Source: a virus. From it: a stretch of DNA of 64,000 nucleotides. The stretch is taken from positions 1-64,000 of the IMG/VR virus record IMGVR_UViG_3300042453_004683; one strand, 5' to 3'. Below the pieces are notes generated by a model, which worked only from the letters and a program-made list of their open reading frames with translations, searched no databases and was not told the DNA's origin. Below are positions 31,436-40,591 of this stretch, in pieces. Made by a program: the position numbers and the translations under genes. The number at the start of each line of letters is the position of its first letter. The stretch's first letter is position 1.

Positions 31436-32008
31436 TTACGCCTCCCAGTAGACCCGCTCGCCGCGGCGGTAGTGCTTCACCCGGATGTCGTTCGCGGTGA
31501 AGTGCTTGTCGCTGAGCGTGAAGTAGTTGTTCGGCAGCAGCGCGAAGCGGCCGCTGTCGAGCGCGACCAGGCTGAGCGGCTTGTGCTCCTGTGGGTAGCG
31601 CGAGAACCCGTCCGACCAGTCGACCCCGATCCCGGTGTGCCTGAGCGGGACCGCGACGGTGCCCTCACCTGACCCGTCATCAAGGCGCCGTCGCTGACGC
31701 ACGCTCCCGGGCAACCCCTCCAGGTACTCGGCGTGCCAGACCTCGACGTGGGCGCCCATGCACCCCCACGGCATCAGCTCGGCGGCGTCACCGGACGCGG
31801 CCCCCTCGCGCCACGCCAGCGCGTGCACAGGAAGGCCGCTCCAGTGCGCCCCGGACTGAAGGAGGACGTGGCAGGCCAGGACCTGGCCCTCGCGGCCGTA
31901 GACGCCGTGCCAGATGCCCTGCGTGGTGCCCTCCGGCATCGCGGGGCCGAGGAAGGCGTTGTCGACGTGGACGTACAGGTGGAACGGGAGGCTGGTGTGG
32001 CGGGGCAT
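31436..32008 (-). CDS. Conserved-looking phage hypothetical protein, 190 aa
   Basis: GAHWSGLPVHAL, EHK..LVALDSGRFALLPNN; a pattern I recall from phage hypothetical proteins. Confidence 0.7.
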   Translation of the reverse strand: MPRHTSLPFHLYVHVDNAFLGPAMPEGTTQGIWHGVYGREGQVLACHVLLQSGAHWSGLPVHALAWREGAASGDAAELMPWGCMGAHVEVWHAEYLEGLPGSVRQRRRLDDGSGEGTVAVPLRHTGIGVDWSDGFSRYPQEHKPLSLVALDSGRFALLPNNYFTLSDKHFTANDIRVKHYRRGERVYWEA

Positions 32009-32051
32009 CGACGACGATCCTCTGGTGAGGGGAGCCGTTGCCTAACCCGGC

Positions 32052-32080
32052 TTGACGCCCGGCGCCTCCCGCGGTAGTCG
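32052..32080 (+). promoter_or_regulatory. Sigma70-type promoter TTGACG-17-TAGTCG
   Basis: Exact spacing upstream of the DUF262 gene. Confidence 0.5.
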
Positions 32081-32112
32081 TGTGGTGTTCCTGTCCAGGA
32101 GGATCTACGTCG

Positions 32113-32985
32113 ATGTCCCGCCGCCGAAACACCAAGTACTCGCCCGCACATGCTCCCCCGCCGCCTTCTCCAGAGGCGATCGCGGCGCAGGAGGCGCGCG
32201 TCGCTGAGATCTCGGCCGCAGCGTCCGCCGCGAAGGCGATCTACGACCGTGGTCCCCTCGCCGTCAGTGAAGGGATGTTCGAGTCGCCTCAGACGCGTGT
32301 GGATCAGGTCGCGCACTTCGCACGGTCGCGGACGTTGTTCCGCATCCCGAACTACCAGCGCGAGAGCGTGTGGACCGCCGAGCAGGCGCGGCATTACGTC
32401 TCGGACGTGTTCTGCGGCAACCGCCCTGCGGGAGTGTTCGTCTTCCGCGAGCGGTCGATCCGCTACAAGGACAACCCGAACAGCGTCCGTGTGCTCGACG
32501 TGCTGGACGGCCAGCAGCGGCTCCTGGCGATGGGCGCGCCGTGCTTCCGCGGGACGGTGGAGGACATCGCCAACCTCCGCGCTCAGCCAGTGTTCGGGCC
32601 CGCGCCGTGGTTCGACTTCGAGGCGACAGACTACGACAAGTCCTGGCGTGCGACGCCGGCAGACGCGCAGCACGATCTGTCTCGGCTCCTGGACGAGAAT
32701 ATTCGCGACCACACGTTCGTGCCCAGTTGCGTGCCACTGTTCTACCTCGGCCACCACGCCTGGCGGAAGGCCGTGCGCAAGGACGGCGCTGCGTCGAACG
32801 CCCCGCTGGAGATGCGCGCCGCGCACGCATCCTCCGTGGTCAGCCGCATCAACCTGCTCCTGATCGTCCTCCCGCCGTCGATGCCGCTCGACGCGCTGCG
32901 GCTCTGGTTCCGCGCCATCAACAGCGGCGGCACGCCGATGTCCGCCGAGGACCTGGAGCGCGCGTTGGCGGCCGACGGCGATTGA
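32113..32985 (+). CDS. DUF262 (ParB/Srx-like, GmrSD N-terminal) domain protein
   Basis: IPNYQRESVW, VLDGQQRL and FRAINSGGTPMS are the three hallmark DUF262 motifs; ATG at 32113 with AGGAGG. Confidence 0.88.
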   Translation: MSRRRNTKYSPAHAPPPPSPEAIAAQEARVAEISAAASAAKAIYDRGPLAVSEGMFESPQTRVDQVAHFARSRTLFRIPNYQRESVWTAEQARHYVSDVFCGNRPAGVFVFRERSIRYKDNPNSVRVLDVLDGQQRLLAMGAPCFRGTVEDIANLRAQPVFGPAPWFDFEATDYDKSWRATPADAQHDLSRLLDENIRDHTFVPSCVPLFYLGHHAWRKAVRKDGAASNAPLEMRAAHASSVVSRINLLLIVLPPSMPLDALRLWFRAINSGGTPMSAEDLERALAADGD

Positions 32986-33042
32986 CGGGTTGCCCGCCGT
33001 GGGCGGCCGCGTTACGGGTGATGCGAGGAGATACCTTCTACA

Positions 33043-33468
33043 ATGAGCCGCGCCCCTTCATTCCCGACGAACGCCTGGTGGGGCGCCGACGAGCTGACGC
33101 CGGACGGCCGCGAGCCGAAAGGTCGGATCGACGCGCCCTTCCTGATCACGCAGGACCACATGCGCGACCGGAAGCCGCTACCGCTCCCAGACGAGGTGCA
33201 CGCCATCGTCGGCATCGTCCGCGAGTTCATGCGCCTGGAGCGCCAGCTCTTGAACGAGTCGCCCCTCGCGCGTCCGTCCGCCGCGCTCGACCTGGTGAAG
33301 CGTGGCTACATGGTCAAGGGACCTACAGGGCGGCTGTCGCTGACGCCGCTCGGGCGGATGATCCAGTGGCGCCTCGCGCAGCTCCGTGCGTACCAGCTCG
33401 GCCAGGAGATGCAGCAGGCGCCCGCCGACGTGGAAGCGTTCATGTCCGATGATGAGGAGAATATCTAA
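33043..33468 (+). CDS. Hypothetical protein, 141 aa (possible winged-helix-like C-terminal half)
   Basis: AGGAG RBS; LVKRGYM...LSLTPLGR; coupled to the next gene (TAATG). Confidence 0.65.
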   Translation: MSRAPSFPTNAWWGADELTPDGREPKGRIDAPFLITQDHMRDRKPLPLPDEVHAIVGIVREFMRLERQLLNESPLARPSAALDLVKRGYMVKGPTGRLSLTPLGRMIQWRLAQLRAYQLGQEMQQAPADVEAFMSDDEENI

Positions 33469-34343
33469 TGCGTTGCCTTGAACTCTTTGCCGGCGCCGGC
33501 GGCGCAGCCATCGGTCTGGAGCGAGCCGGGCTGACCCACGCTGCCCTCTGCGAGTGGGACCGCGCTGCATGCGCCACGCTGCGCGCTGCGGGGTTCGGCC
33601 CCGTCGTCGAGGGCGACGTGCGCGACATTGACGCCATCGCCGCCGCGGCGGGGCCCGAACCTATCGGGGCGATCTGGTCCTCTTTCCCCTGCCAAGCCTT
33701 CTCCGCCGCCGGGAAGCGCCTCGGCGCCGCCGACGAGCGCAACGGGTGGCCGTGGACGGTGGACGCGATCGACCGCTTCCGCCCGACGTGGTTCCTTGGG
33801 GAGAATGTTCGCGGGCTGTTGTCGCCTCCTGGCAATTACCTTGCGCGTGTCATCCTGCCCGACCTGCACGCCCGGTTCGCGTGCGTCGGCTGGTGGCTAC
33901 TCGACGCCGCCGACTACGGCGTGCCACAGCATCGGCGGCGGGTCATCCTCTGGGCAGGCCCGCGGCCGTTGGCGATGCCGGCGCCGACGCATGGGCTGGG
34001 TCGGCCGCTGCCGTGGGTGGGTGTCAGCGCCGCTTTGAGCGTCCCTCCTGGTGCGTTCGTTCAGTCAGGTATCTGCCGCTCGGACAAAGGCGGCAGAGGC
34101 GCCCCTCGCGAAGTCACTCGTCCGAGTCCGACAGTGTCAAGTTCCTCGCGGATCTACCTCCAGCGCGATAATGTCATCCGCGCACTGACTCCAAGCGAAC
34201 ACGCGGTGCTTCAGGGCTTTCCTCCGTCTCATCCATTCAAGGGCACAAAGGCGCGCGTGCACCGGCAGATCGGGAACGCTGTGCCGCCTCTGCTCGCAGA
34301 GATGGTCGGGCGCGCTCTCTTGGAGGCTGATTGTGCGGTCTGA
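33468..34343 (+). CDS. C5-cytosine DNA methyltransferase
   Basis: ELFAGAGG, FPCQAFS, ENV, PQHRRRV, LQGFP, QIGNAVPP. Confidence 0.95.
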   Translation: MRCLELFAGAGGAAIGLERAGLTHAALCEWDRAACATLRAAGFGPVVEGDVRDIDAIAAAAGPEPIGAIWSSFPCQAFSAAGKRLGAADERNGWPWTVDAIDRFRPTWFLGENVRGLLSPPGNYLARVILPDLHARFACVGWWLLDAADYGVPQHRRRVILWAGPRPLAMPAPTHGLGRPLPWVGVSAALSVPPGAFVQSGICRSDKGGRGAPREVTRPSPTVSSSSRIYLQRDNVIRALTPSEHAVLQGFPPSHPFKGTKARVHRQIGNAVPPLLAEMVGRALLEADCAV

Positions 34344-34728
34344 CATACCTTCTATCCGCCATCGTATCCGCCAGCGCGTCGCCGATGGCCTGTACCGCGT
34401 GGCCGACGCCATCGGCGATCTCGCCGACCGCCTCGACGTGGAGGTCGACGACGAAGACGCCGATGGCGCTGAAGCCGCTGACGGCGATGCCCACGACAAG
34501 GACCCGATCGCGATCGCGCTGAAGGGTTGCGTCGAGATCCCGCACCCGTTACCGAAGGTGATGAGGGACCTCAACAAGCACTACACAGCCATGCAGATCG
34601 AAGGCTTCGTCGGCGCCTGGCGCCGGGCGAACGGGAAGATCCACATCGCCTTCGCCGCGCACGACGAGGCCCTCCTCGATCACCTCAACCGCCACCTCGG
34701 CCAAGCCATCGCAGGAATATACGAATGA
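34333..34728 (+). CDS. Hypothetical protein, 131 aa
   Basis: GGAGG RBS; overlaps the end of the methyltransferase gene. Confidence 0.65.
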   Translation: MRSDIPSIRHRIRQRVADGLYRVADAIGDLADRLDVEVDDEDADGAEAADGDAHDKDPIAIALKGCVEIPHPLPKVMRDLNKHYTAMQIEGFVGAWRRANGKIHIAFAAHDEALLDHLNRHLGQAIAGIYE

Positions 34729-35150
34729 CCTCCGAGCGCCTCTCCCTCCTTCCCTCTGCCATCCGTGATCGCCGCCGGCTCTCCACGACGAGCACGCTGG
34801 ACACGCTCCCGGACGCGAACGTGCTGGCGGCGATGCTCCGCGACGACCTCCGCGACGCGGGCCTCTTTGTCCGCGTCGGCGTGTGGCAGCCTGATGCGTC
34901 GTTGTACGGCAACTACCTGGTGCCGCCGGCGTTCGGCGGCGTCCACATCTACGCCAGTGACGCCAAGGACAGCCAGCCGGTCGCCTCCATTCTCCTCTGC
35001 ACGGCCATTGTCATCGTGGTGACGCGGGCCGACAACGTGACGACCCGCATCCCGTACGCCGGCCGCGGCTGGCTCGCGGCGACGAAGGCGGCCCTCGTGG
35101 CCGAGCACGTCGTCGACGCCCTGGCGACGATCAAGCCGGCGGGTGTGTGA
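34725..35150 (+). CDS. Hypothetical protein (MTSERLSLL...)
   Basis: ATGA overlap with the previous gene. Confidence 0.65.
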   Translation: MTSERLSLLPSAIRDRRRLSTTSTLDTLPDANVLAAMLRDDLRDAGLFVRVGVWQPDASLYGNYLVPPAFGGVHIYASDAKDSQPVASILLCTAIVIVVTRADNVTTRIPYAGRGWLAATKAALVAEHVVDALATIKPAGV

Positions 35151-35511
35151 TGGTGGACTGCCGCGCCTCGCCGGGTTAGGCTGCCCGGCAGCGGAGGTAG
35201 GCCGCCCGCCCGTGTCCGACTTCACACGCTCTGTTGCCGCCGCCGTCCGGGAGCTCGAAAGCCCGGACGGCTGGTGCCGTTGTGAAGCGGCCGTACCGGC
35301 CGAGGACCGCATCGTCGCTCGCCTCGCCGCGCTCCTCGACCAGGAGGTGACGCCAGAGCTGGACCTGAACGCGCGCCGCGTCCTGGTCCGGCTGGCCTCC
35401 TACAGGGCGCTCCTCCACGAGGACGGTGCCTGGTCAAAGTCGCGCGCCGACGCGGGGAGGCGTCGGCGGCAACGTGAAGTCGAGGTGGTGGTCGTCAGGC
35501 GAAGAAGGTAG
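35143..35511 (+). CDS. Hypothetical protein
   Basis: Fills the end of the operon; start uncertain. Confidence 0.45.
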   Translation: MCDGGLPRLAGLGCPAAEVGRPPVSDFTRSVAAAVRELESPDGWCRCEAAVPAEDRIVARLAALLDQEVTPELDLNARRVLVRLASYRALLHEDGAWSKSRADAGRRRRQREVEVVVVRRRR

Positions 35512-35524
35512 AGGCGCCCCACAT

Positions 35525-36088
35525 CTACCGCATGTAGCGCGCCTGAAGCGCGCCGACGGCGCCGAGCAGGAACAGCAGCGCCTCGCCGAAGGGCGCGGGG
35601 CAGACCGTCCGCGTGAGCGTCTCCCCGGTGCGCGCCAGGTCCTTCGGCGCCCACTCCAAGGGCAACGGCACCTCGGAGTGCAGCAGTTGCCTCCCGAGCG
35701 TGTCCGCGTGGTGGGTGAAGTGGACGCGGCCAACGGGCGCGCGGCCCGCCGCCGACTGCCAGGTGATGGACACAGACAACGGCCAGTCGCCGTCGTCGTC
35801 GGGGTCGGTCGTGGCGACGTTCTCGCGGAACCAGTAGGCGATCAACTCGACCAACTGGCCGGTCGTGAGCCACAGCGTCGTGTGGTCGAGGTAGTCGTGC
35901 GCCTTGACCTCGCCATCCTCGTCCGCCAGATCCACCCGCAGGAGCGTCTGCGCGAGGGTGCTGTCGGGCGCACACGACAGCCGGGCGAGGTTGCCGTCGT
36001 CGCAGCCGACCACAATCAGCACGCAGTCAGGCACGGCGAAGCAGTCGCTGGCCTCGTACCGGACGGTGACTTCGATGACGCGCGGCAT
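35525..36088 (-). CDS. Hypothetical protein, 187 aa
   Basis: Codon bias and operon context. Confidence 0.7.
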   Translation of the reverse strand: MPRVIEVTVRYEASDCFAVPDCVLIVVGCDDGNLARLSCAPDSTLAQTLLRVDLADEDGEVKAHDYLDHTTLWLTTGQLVELIAYWFRENVATTDPDDDGDWPLSVSITWQSAAGRAPVGRVHFTHHADTLGRQLLHSEVPLPLEWAPKDLARTGETLTRTVCPAPFGEALLFLLGAVGALQARYMR

Positions 36089-36090
36089 GT

Positions 36091-36408
36091 TCAGGCCCCC
36101 ACGCGGGTGACGTGGCGACGAAGGGCCGTCGCGGCCGAGAACTTGATGTTGGCGCCGACGGTCGAGCCTTCGTCGGCGTCGACGAGGATGCGCGCGGCGC
36201 GCTGGAAGGTGCCGAAGCCGCGGAAGGTGACCGCCGCCTCGGCGATGTCCGGCTTCTGGAGTTGGGTCGAGATGATGCCGTGCTCGGGGTCGAACAGCGC
36301 CTCGACGATCTCGCTCGCGGCCGCGAGGTTGAGGTCGGGGATCCGCTCGGTCAGGAGGCGTGCGACGTCGCGCGCCATCAGGGACGTCGCGCCGGGGAGG
36401 CTGCTCAT
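36091..36408 (-). CDS. HU/IHF-like DNA-binding protein with an atypical arm, 105 aa
   Basis: N-terminal helices, VTFRGFGTF and KFSAATALR match the HU/IHF signature; ATG at 36408 (ATGA overlap). Confidence 0.75.
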   Translation of the reverse strand: MSSLPGATSLMARDVARLLTERIPDLNLAAASEIVEALFDPEHGIISTQLQKPDIAEAAVTFRGFGTFQRAARILVDADEGSTVGANIKFSAATALRRHVTRVGA

Positions 36409-36872
36409 GTGGGGGTGTCCTGGATCTGGAGGCTGTGGACGCGGACGCCGATGGGCAGCAGGCGCGCGTCGTCCAGACGCACGCCCGGCTGCTCGGACTG
36501 GATGATATAGATGCGCAGGTCCTGGTCGACCTCGCCGACGCACCAGATACCGCGCCGGGTGAACTGCCAGTGGCTCACCGCGCGGCGCATCCCGAACGTG
36601 CCGGGCGAGATGCCGAGCACGTCGCGGTGCTCGTCCTGGATCTGCGGGTCGTAGCAGTTCGCGTCGACGAAGCCGATCGGGGAGACGAAGTACCGCAGCG
36701 CACGCGCCGTCTTCGGGTGGCGGATCAGGTCGTACATCGTCCAGGTCGCGTACGGCAAGAGCGCCTTGCGGATGTCGTCCTCCGTGAGGAGGCGCCCGTC
36801 GACGACCAGCTTCAGCAGGTCCTCCGGGACCTCGTGGTCGACCGGGATCAGGCGCTTGCGAGACGGCTGCAT
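36405..36872 (-). CDS. Hypothetical protein (MQPSRKRLIPV...)
   Basis: Codon bias; start uncertain. Confidence 0.65.
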   Translation of the reverse strand: MQPSRKRLIPVDHEVPEDLLKLVVDGRLLTEDDIRKALLPYATWTMYDLIRHPKTARALRYFVSPIGFVDANCYDPQIQDEHRDVLGISPGTFGMRRAVSHWQFTRRGIWCVGEVDQDLRIYIIQSEQPGVRLDDARLLPIGVRVHSLQIQDTPT

Positions 36873-36959
36873 CTGGCTTCCGTGTCTGTGGGGCACGCCT
36901 CCGCTATCCCGCGTCGTCCTCGGCGTCAAGCGCCTGGATGTTCCGCTTGAAGTCGTTCA

Positions 36960-37538
36960 TCAGGTGACCACCTTGGCGAGCAGGTCGATCATCTCGTTGA
37001 GCGACACGCGCTTCGCGGGCAGCGAGTTGTCGGCGAGGATGGCGTCGATGTCGTCGGCGACCCCGTAGGCGCTGTCGAACGCGCCGCACGCGATCGTCTT
37101 GCGCAGTTCGATCAGGGCACGATGCACGTCGAACAGCGTGGACAGGGCGACTACGCCCGCCTTGTCGAGCTGCCGCGCCTTGTCCGCCTTGGCGCCCTCC
37201 TCGTCGGCCATCCGCCAGACGTCGAGGAGCGCGTGCACGAGGGCGCGGCCGACGGTGGTGCCGTAGTACTCCTTTGGCGCGCGGTTGTAGGGGCGCACCA
37301 GGAACAGGTAGAGCCCCGCGCCGTCCACGGGAAACACGCCGTCGACATCACGGGCGTGCGTTTCCAGGTGGCGCATCAGCGTGCAGTTGGCGTCGTAGCG
37401 GGCATAGTCCGCATCACGCATGTCCACCTGGTCGAGCGTCAGGGCGTCACCGCCCCAGCGCACGTCGGCGTTCAGCCGGTCGAGGTGCGCGTCCATGTCG
37501 GCCTCGAAGGCGGCGACGTCATCGGCGATGGTGCCCAT
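36960..37538 (-). CDS. Hypothetical protein, 192 aa
   Basis: Translationally coupled to the upstream gene. Confidence 0.7.
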   Translation of the reverse strand: MGTIADDVAAFEADMDAHLDRLNADVRWGGDALTLDQVDMRDADYARYDANCTLMRHLETHARDVDGVFPVDGAGLYLFLVRPYNRAPKEYYGTTVGRALVHALLDVWRMADEEGAKADKARQLDKAGVVALSTLFDVHRALIELRKTIACGAFDSAYGVADDIDAILADNSLPAKRVSLNEMIDLLAKVVT

Positions 37539-37921
37539 CAGGCACCGCCCTTAGCGGAGGTGCAGCCGCGCCAGGTGGCCTCGACGTGGGCGTCACCGTC
37601 CGCGTCGGTGTAGGCGTGCGTCTCGTAGAGGTGCTTGCCGTCCCACGCCGCGAGCTGGTAGGTGCACTCGGCGTCGCTGGGGGCCAGCGTGTTCGCGTCT
37701 TCGCTGTACTCGAAGACGCAGTTCGCGAACACCTCGATGACGACGCCGTTGGCCGTGGCGAGCTGCTCGTTGTCGTCGTCATCCCAGGAGACGTGATCCG
37801 CGATGGCGGCGCAGATGGCGTCGACGGCGGCCTGCGCGGTGAGGCCGCTGAAGCCGCCCACCTCGTCGAAAGCGTCGCACCAGGCGAAGAACATGTCGTC
37901 AGTGACGTAGGTACGGGGCAT
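37538..37921 (-). CDS. Acidic hypothetical protein, 127 aa
   Basis: AGGAG RBS; promoter TTGACG-17-TACGTG at 37956-37984. Confidence 0.75.
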   Translation of the reverse strand: MPRTYVTDDMFFAWCDAFDEVGGFSGLTAQAAVDAICAAIADHVSWDDDDNEQLATANGVVIEVFANCVFEYSEDANTLAPSDAECTYQLAAWDGKHLYETHAYTDADGDAHVEATWRGCTSAKGGA

Positions 37922-38004
37922 CGAGGGGCTCCTGGTCGTTTGAGGTTACTCCACACACGTATCCGGATCGCCCGCCGCCGTCAACGCCTCGCCAGCAAAG
38001 AACA

Positions 38005-38034
38005 AGGGCCGGAGGCGTCGCCACCTCCAGCCCT
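38005..38034. terminator. Stem-loop, possible intrinsic terminator for the 38934 gene
   Basis: AGGGCCGGAGG...CCTCCAGCCCT, followed on the minus strand by TGTTCTTTG. Confidence 0.5.
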
Positions 38035-38055
38035 GTCACAAGCGCGCCCCGAGAG

Positions 38056-38934
38056 CTACAGCTCCAGGCAGTTGCCGAGCGTGACCTCGTAGCTGTCGAC
38101 GTTCCAGCCGCCGTCGAGGCCGCCGTCCCACCGCTGGCGCGCGCCGAAGCAGAGCGGGCCCTCGCCGCCGACGTCGACCGGTACGGTGACGTGCAGCCAG
38201 ACCGAGCCGTCGACCAGCGAGTTCGGGAGCGGCTGCGTGTCGTAGGGGTCGCCGACCTCGCCGTACTCGACGTTCCAGATGTCGAGCGGGCGGTAGCCGC
38301 CGAGCGGGCCGGTGCCCTCCTCGCCGACGCCGCCGTCGGGGTCGCCCATCGGCCCCTCCTCGGGCATGTACTCCAGCAGCTCCTCCGCGGTCAGCGGGTC
38401 GCACTCCTCGGACCAGACCTCCAGGTCGAGGTCGGGGTCGCACTCCCCGAGCGGGTCGCTCGCGTCGCCGGACGCCCACCGCTCGACGTAGCGGTCCATC
38501 GGCGCGATGCTGATCATGCCGGGCTGGATGTTCTCGCCGTAGGGGTCGGCGAGGTAGTCCCACGGCGTCACCAGCAGGACCGCGGCCGGCCAGGCCACCT
38601 TGCCGCCGTGGAGCGCCATCCGCTCCATCCACGCCTTCGCGGCGGGCATGGAGGTGGCGGTGATCATCCGCGAGACGATGTGCTGGAGGGGCGACCGCAG
38701 GGCGGCCGGCGCGCGGCGGATCACCATGTTCATCTCGGTGATCGCCATCGTGGCGCCGACGACGCGACCTTCCTTGAGGGCCTCCAGCGCCTTGCAGAAG
38801 ATGGAGGACGTCTGTCCCGCCAGGCGGGCCAGCTCGGCCTCCTCGGCGGGCGTGATGGCGTGGGCGTCGCGCGGGACGATGGCTGCCGCGGTGAGGGTGA
38901 TGGCGAGGGCCAGGGAGGGGATGATGGAACGCAT
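38056..38934 (-). CDS. Secreted/exported acidic protein, 292 aa
   Basis: Sec-type signal peptide MRSIIPSLALAITLTAAAIVPRDAHA; own promoter TTGACG-17-TACGAT at 39001-39029. Confidence 0.75.
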   Translation of the reverse strand: MRSIIPSLALAITLTAAAIVPRDAHAITPAEEAELARLAGQTSSIFCKALEALKEGRVVGATMAITEMNMVIRRAPAALRSPLQHIVSRMITATSMPAAKAWMERMALHGGKVAWPAAVLLVTPWDYLADPYGENIQPGMISIAPMDRYVERWASGDASDPLGECDPDLDLEVWSEECDPLTAEELLEYMPEEGPMGDPDGGVGEEGTGPLGGYRPLDIWNVEYGEVGDPYDTQPLPNSLVDGSVWLHVTVPVDVGGEGPLCFGARQRWDGGLDGGWNVDSYEVTLGNCLEL

Positions 38935-39036
38935 GGGTGAGTACGTCTCCGGTTGGGTGTTCTACTGAGCCTGTTGGTCGCCCGACGTCCGGGCGGGTGC
39001 ATCGTAGCCGGGCGGCTGTCAGCCGTCAACGGTCGA

Positions 39037-39522
39037 TCAGGTCATCTCGACGCGGGGGTCGAAGGCGGCGTTCCACACGCGCATGAGCGCCCGCGCGAGT
39101 GCGACGCCCTCGATCGGGTGCCTGCTCAGCAGCTCGCCGGCATCGCCGAGGGCGTCGCGCACGATGAACGCGCGGAACTCGCCGTCCTCGAACACAGGCA
39201 GGCAGACGTACCGCGGGCTCGCGCGGCGGAGCATCGCGGCGACGTGTCCCGTCGAGGCGGGGCAGAGCAGATCGGGGTAGGTGCCGGGCTTGACCCATCC
39301 GCCTCGGCCGTTGACGTGGAGCGCGTGGGCGAGTTCGACGCCAACGTACATGCAGTGGATGCGCACCTGCTCGCGTAGCACCTCCAGCGCGCCGTCGCGG
39401 GTGTCCGCCGCATCTGCGCCGCTCACGGCGATCTCTCCAACGGACGCAGCCCATCGCCCGCGGCCGTCCTCCCACACGTCGATGAAGGGCGGGTCGGTGT
39501 CATCCGTGCGTACATCATCCAT
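39037..39522 (-). CDS. Hypothetical protein with a HicB-like N-terminal segment
   Basis: EDGRGRWAASVGEI..SGA..ADTRDGALEVLRE resembles the HicB N-domain; weak match. Confidence 0.5.
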   Translation of the reverse strand: MDDVRTDDTDPPFIDVWEDGRGRWAASVGEIAVSGADAADTRDGALEVLREQVRIHCMYVGVELAHALHVNGRGGWVKPGTYPDLLCPASTGHVAAMLRRASPRYVCLPVFEDGEFRAFIVRDALGDAGELLSRHPIEGVALARALMRVWNAAFDPRVEMT

Positions 39523-39758
39523 CAGTCCCTCCACTGAGCCGTCTGGAAGATGCCTGCCACGTAGTCACCCGCGGGCGCGAGGTCACCGACCTGGTGAAGC
39601 CCGTACTTGGCGAACTCGGTGAGAACCCGCGGCATGTTGTGCTTCGGCGCGATCAACGCGACGCGCCACTGATCGACCGCCTTGTGGGTGACGCTGCACG
39701 AGAACGCCAGTTCCTTGCTGAGGTCTTCGATGGCGTCGTGCAGGTTCCCGAACGACAT
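39522..39758 (-). CDS. Hypothetical protein, 78 aa
   Basis: TGATG coupling on both sides. Confidence 0.65.
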   Translation of the reverse strand: MSFGNLHDAIEDLSKELAFSCSVTHKAVDQWRVALIAPKHNMPRVLTEFAKYGLHQVGDLAPAGDYVAGIFQTAQWRD

Positions 39759-39997
39759 CAGGCACCCCGCTTGGCGAGCTGGGCGCGGAGCCTGGCGACC
39801 TCGGCCTCCAACTCGGTCACGCGGTTGATGGAGGCGACGGACCAGACGCGCTCCTGCCGCGCGTCGTTGTCGACGAGGCGCTGCTTCAGGTCGAGCCAGG
39901 ACGACTTGCGGTCGCCCGAGTTCGTCGGGAGGTCACGCTTGCGGCAGATCGCCGCCAGTTCCAGCCAGTTCATGCCATCGTAGATGCTTTCCATCAC
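39758..39997 (-). CDS. SAP/HeH-like domain plus short coiled coil, 79 aa
   Basis: YDGMNWLELAAICRKRDLPTNSG..K...DLKQRL fits the SAP motif pattern. Confidence 0.55.
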   Translation of the reverse strand: MMESIYDGMNWLELAAICRKRDLPTNSGDRKSSWLDLKQRLVDNDARQERVWSVASINRVTELEAEVARLRAQLAKRGA

Positions 39998-40003
39998 AGT
40001 ACC

Positions 40004-40267
40004 TCAGTCCTTGTCGATGTTGTAGACGGTCTCGGTCGTCACGGTGTAGCTGGTGACCGACTTGTCGGGCGCGAGCACCCACACGCGGACCGCCTCGGCT
40101 TCGTACATGCCGACGAGGTAGTCCTGCGCGGCCTGGAGGGCCAGGTCCTGGACGCTCTGGCCGGAGGCGCGGTGCTCGCGCTCGCCGAGCCGGCAGATGT
40201 CCACCCCGTCGAGGGTGCAGGCGGTGTTGTCGGTCACGAAGATGAAGTAGGTGTTGTCCGTGATCAT
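40004..40267 (-). CDS. Hypothetical protein, 87 aa
   Basis: ATG at 40267 with AAGGAG RBS. Confidence 0.7.
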   Translation of the reverse strand: MITDNTYFIFVTDNTACTLDGVDICRLGEREHRASGQSVQDLALQAAQDYLVGMYEAEAVRVWVLAPDKSVTSYTVTTETVYNIDKD

Positions 40268-40363
40268 GGCGTTCCAGGGCTCCTTCTCGGTTGTTGCAGG
40301 GCGGCGGCTTTGTTGTTCACGCCGGCCGCCTGCCACAGCAGTAACCGGGCGGCGCCCCAGGCG

Positions 40364-40591
40364 TCAAGGTTCCTTCGCGATCCCAGCCAACTTCGCGTCC
40401 AGCGCGACCTTCCCGTGCATCCGCGCGCGGATGAGGAGAACGCCCTCCGGCAGCGTCGGCGTCCGCGCCACCTGCTCGTGGAGGGACGCGAGCTGATGCG
40501 CCAGGAGACGCAGGCGGTAGTGCGTCTCCTTGATCCAGTGGTAGGTGGACAGCAGCGTCAGGTAGATAGCAAGGCGGATGAACAGCATCAA
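40364..40591 (-). CDS. Small protein with an N-terminal transmembrane segment
   Basis: MLFIRLAIYLTLLSTY; coupled to the upstream gene. Confidence 0.55.
   Translation of the reverse strand: MMLFIRLAIYLTLLSTYHWIKETHYRLRLLAHQLASLHEQVARTPTLPEGVLLIRARMHGKVALDAKLAGIAKEP

Noticed and set aside
36904-36960. 18-codon ORF (MNDFKRNIQALDAEDDAG) ending in TAG, considered as stop-codon readthrough or a gene remnant
   Set aside because: It is not in frame with the downstream gene, and TAG is a normal stop elsewhere (thyA, the R-M fusion), so there is no evidence for recoding. Too short to call.
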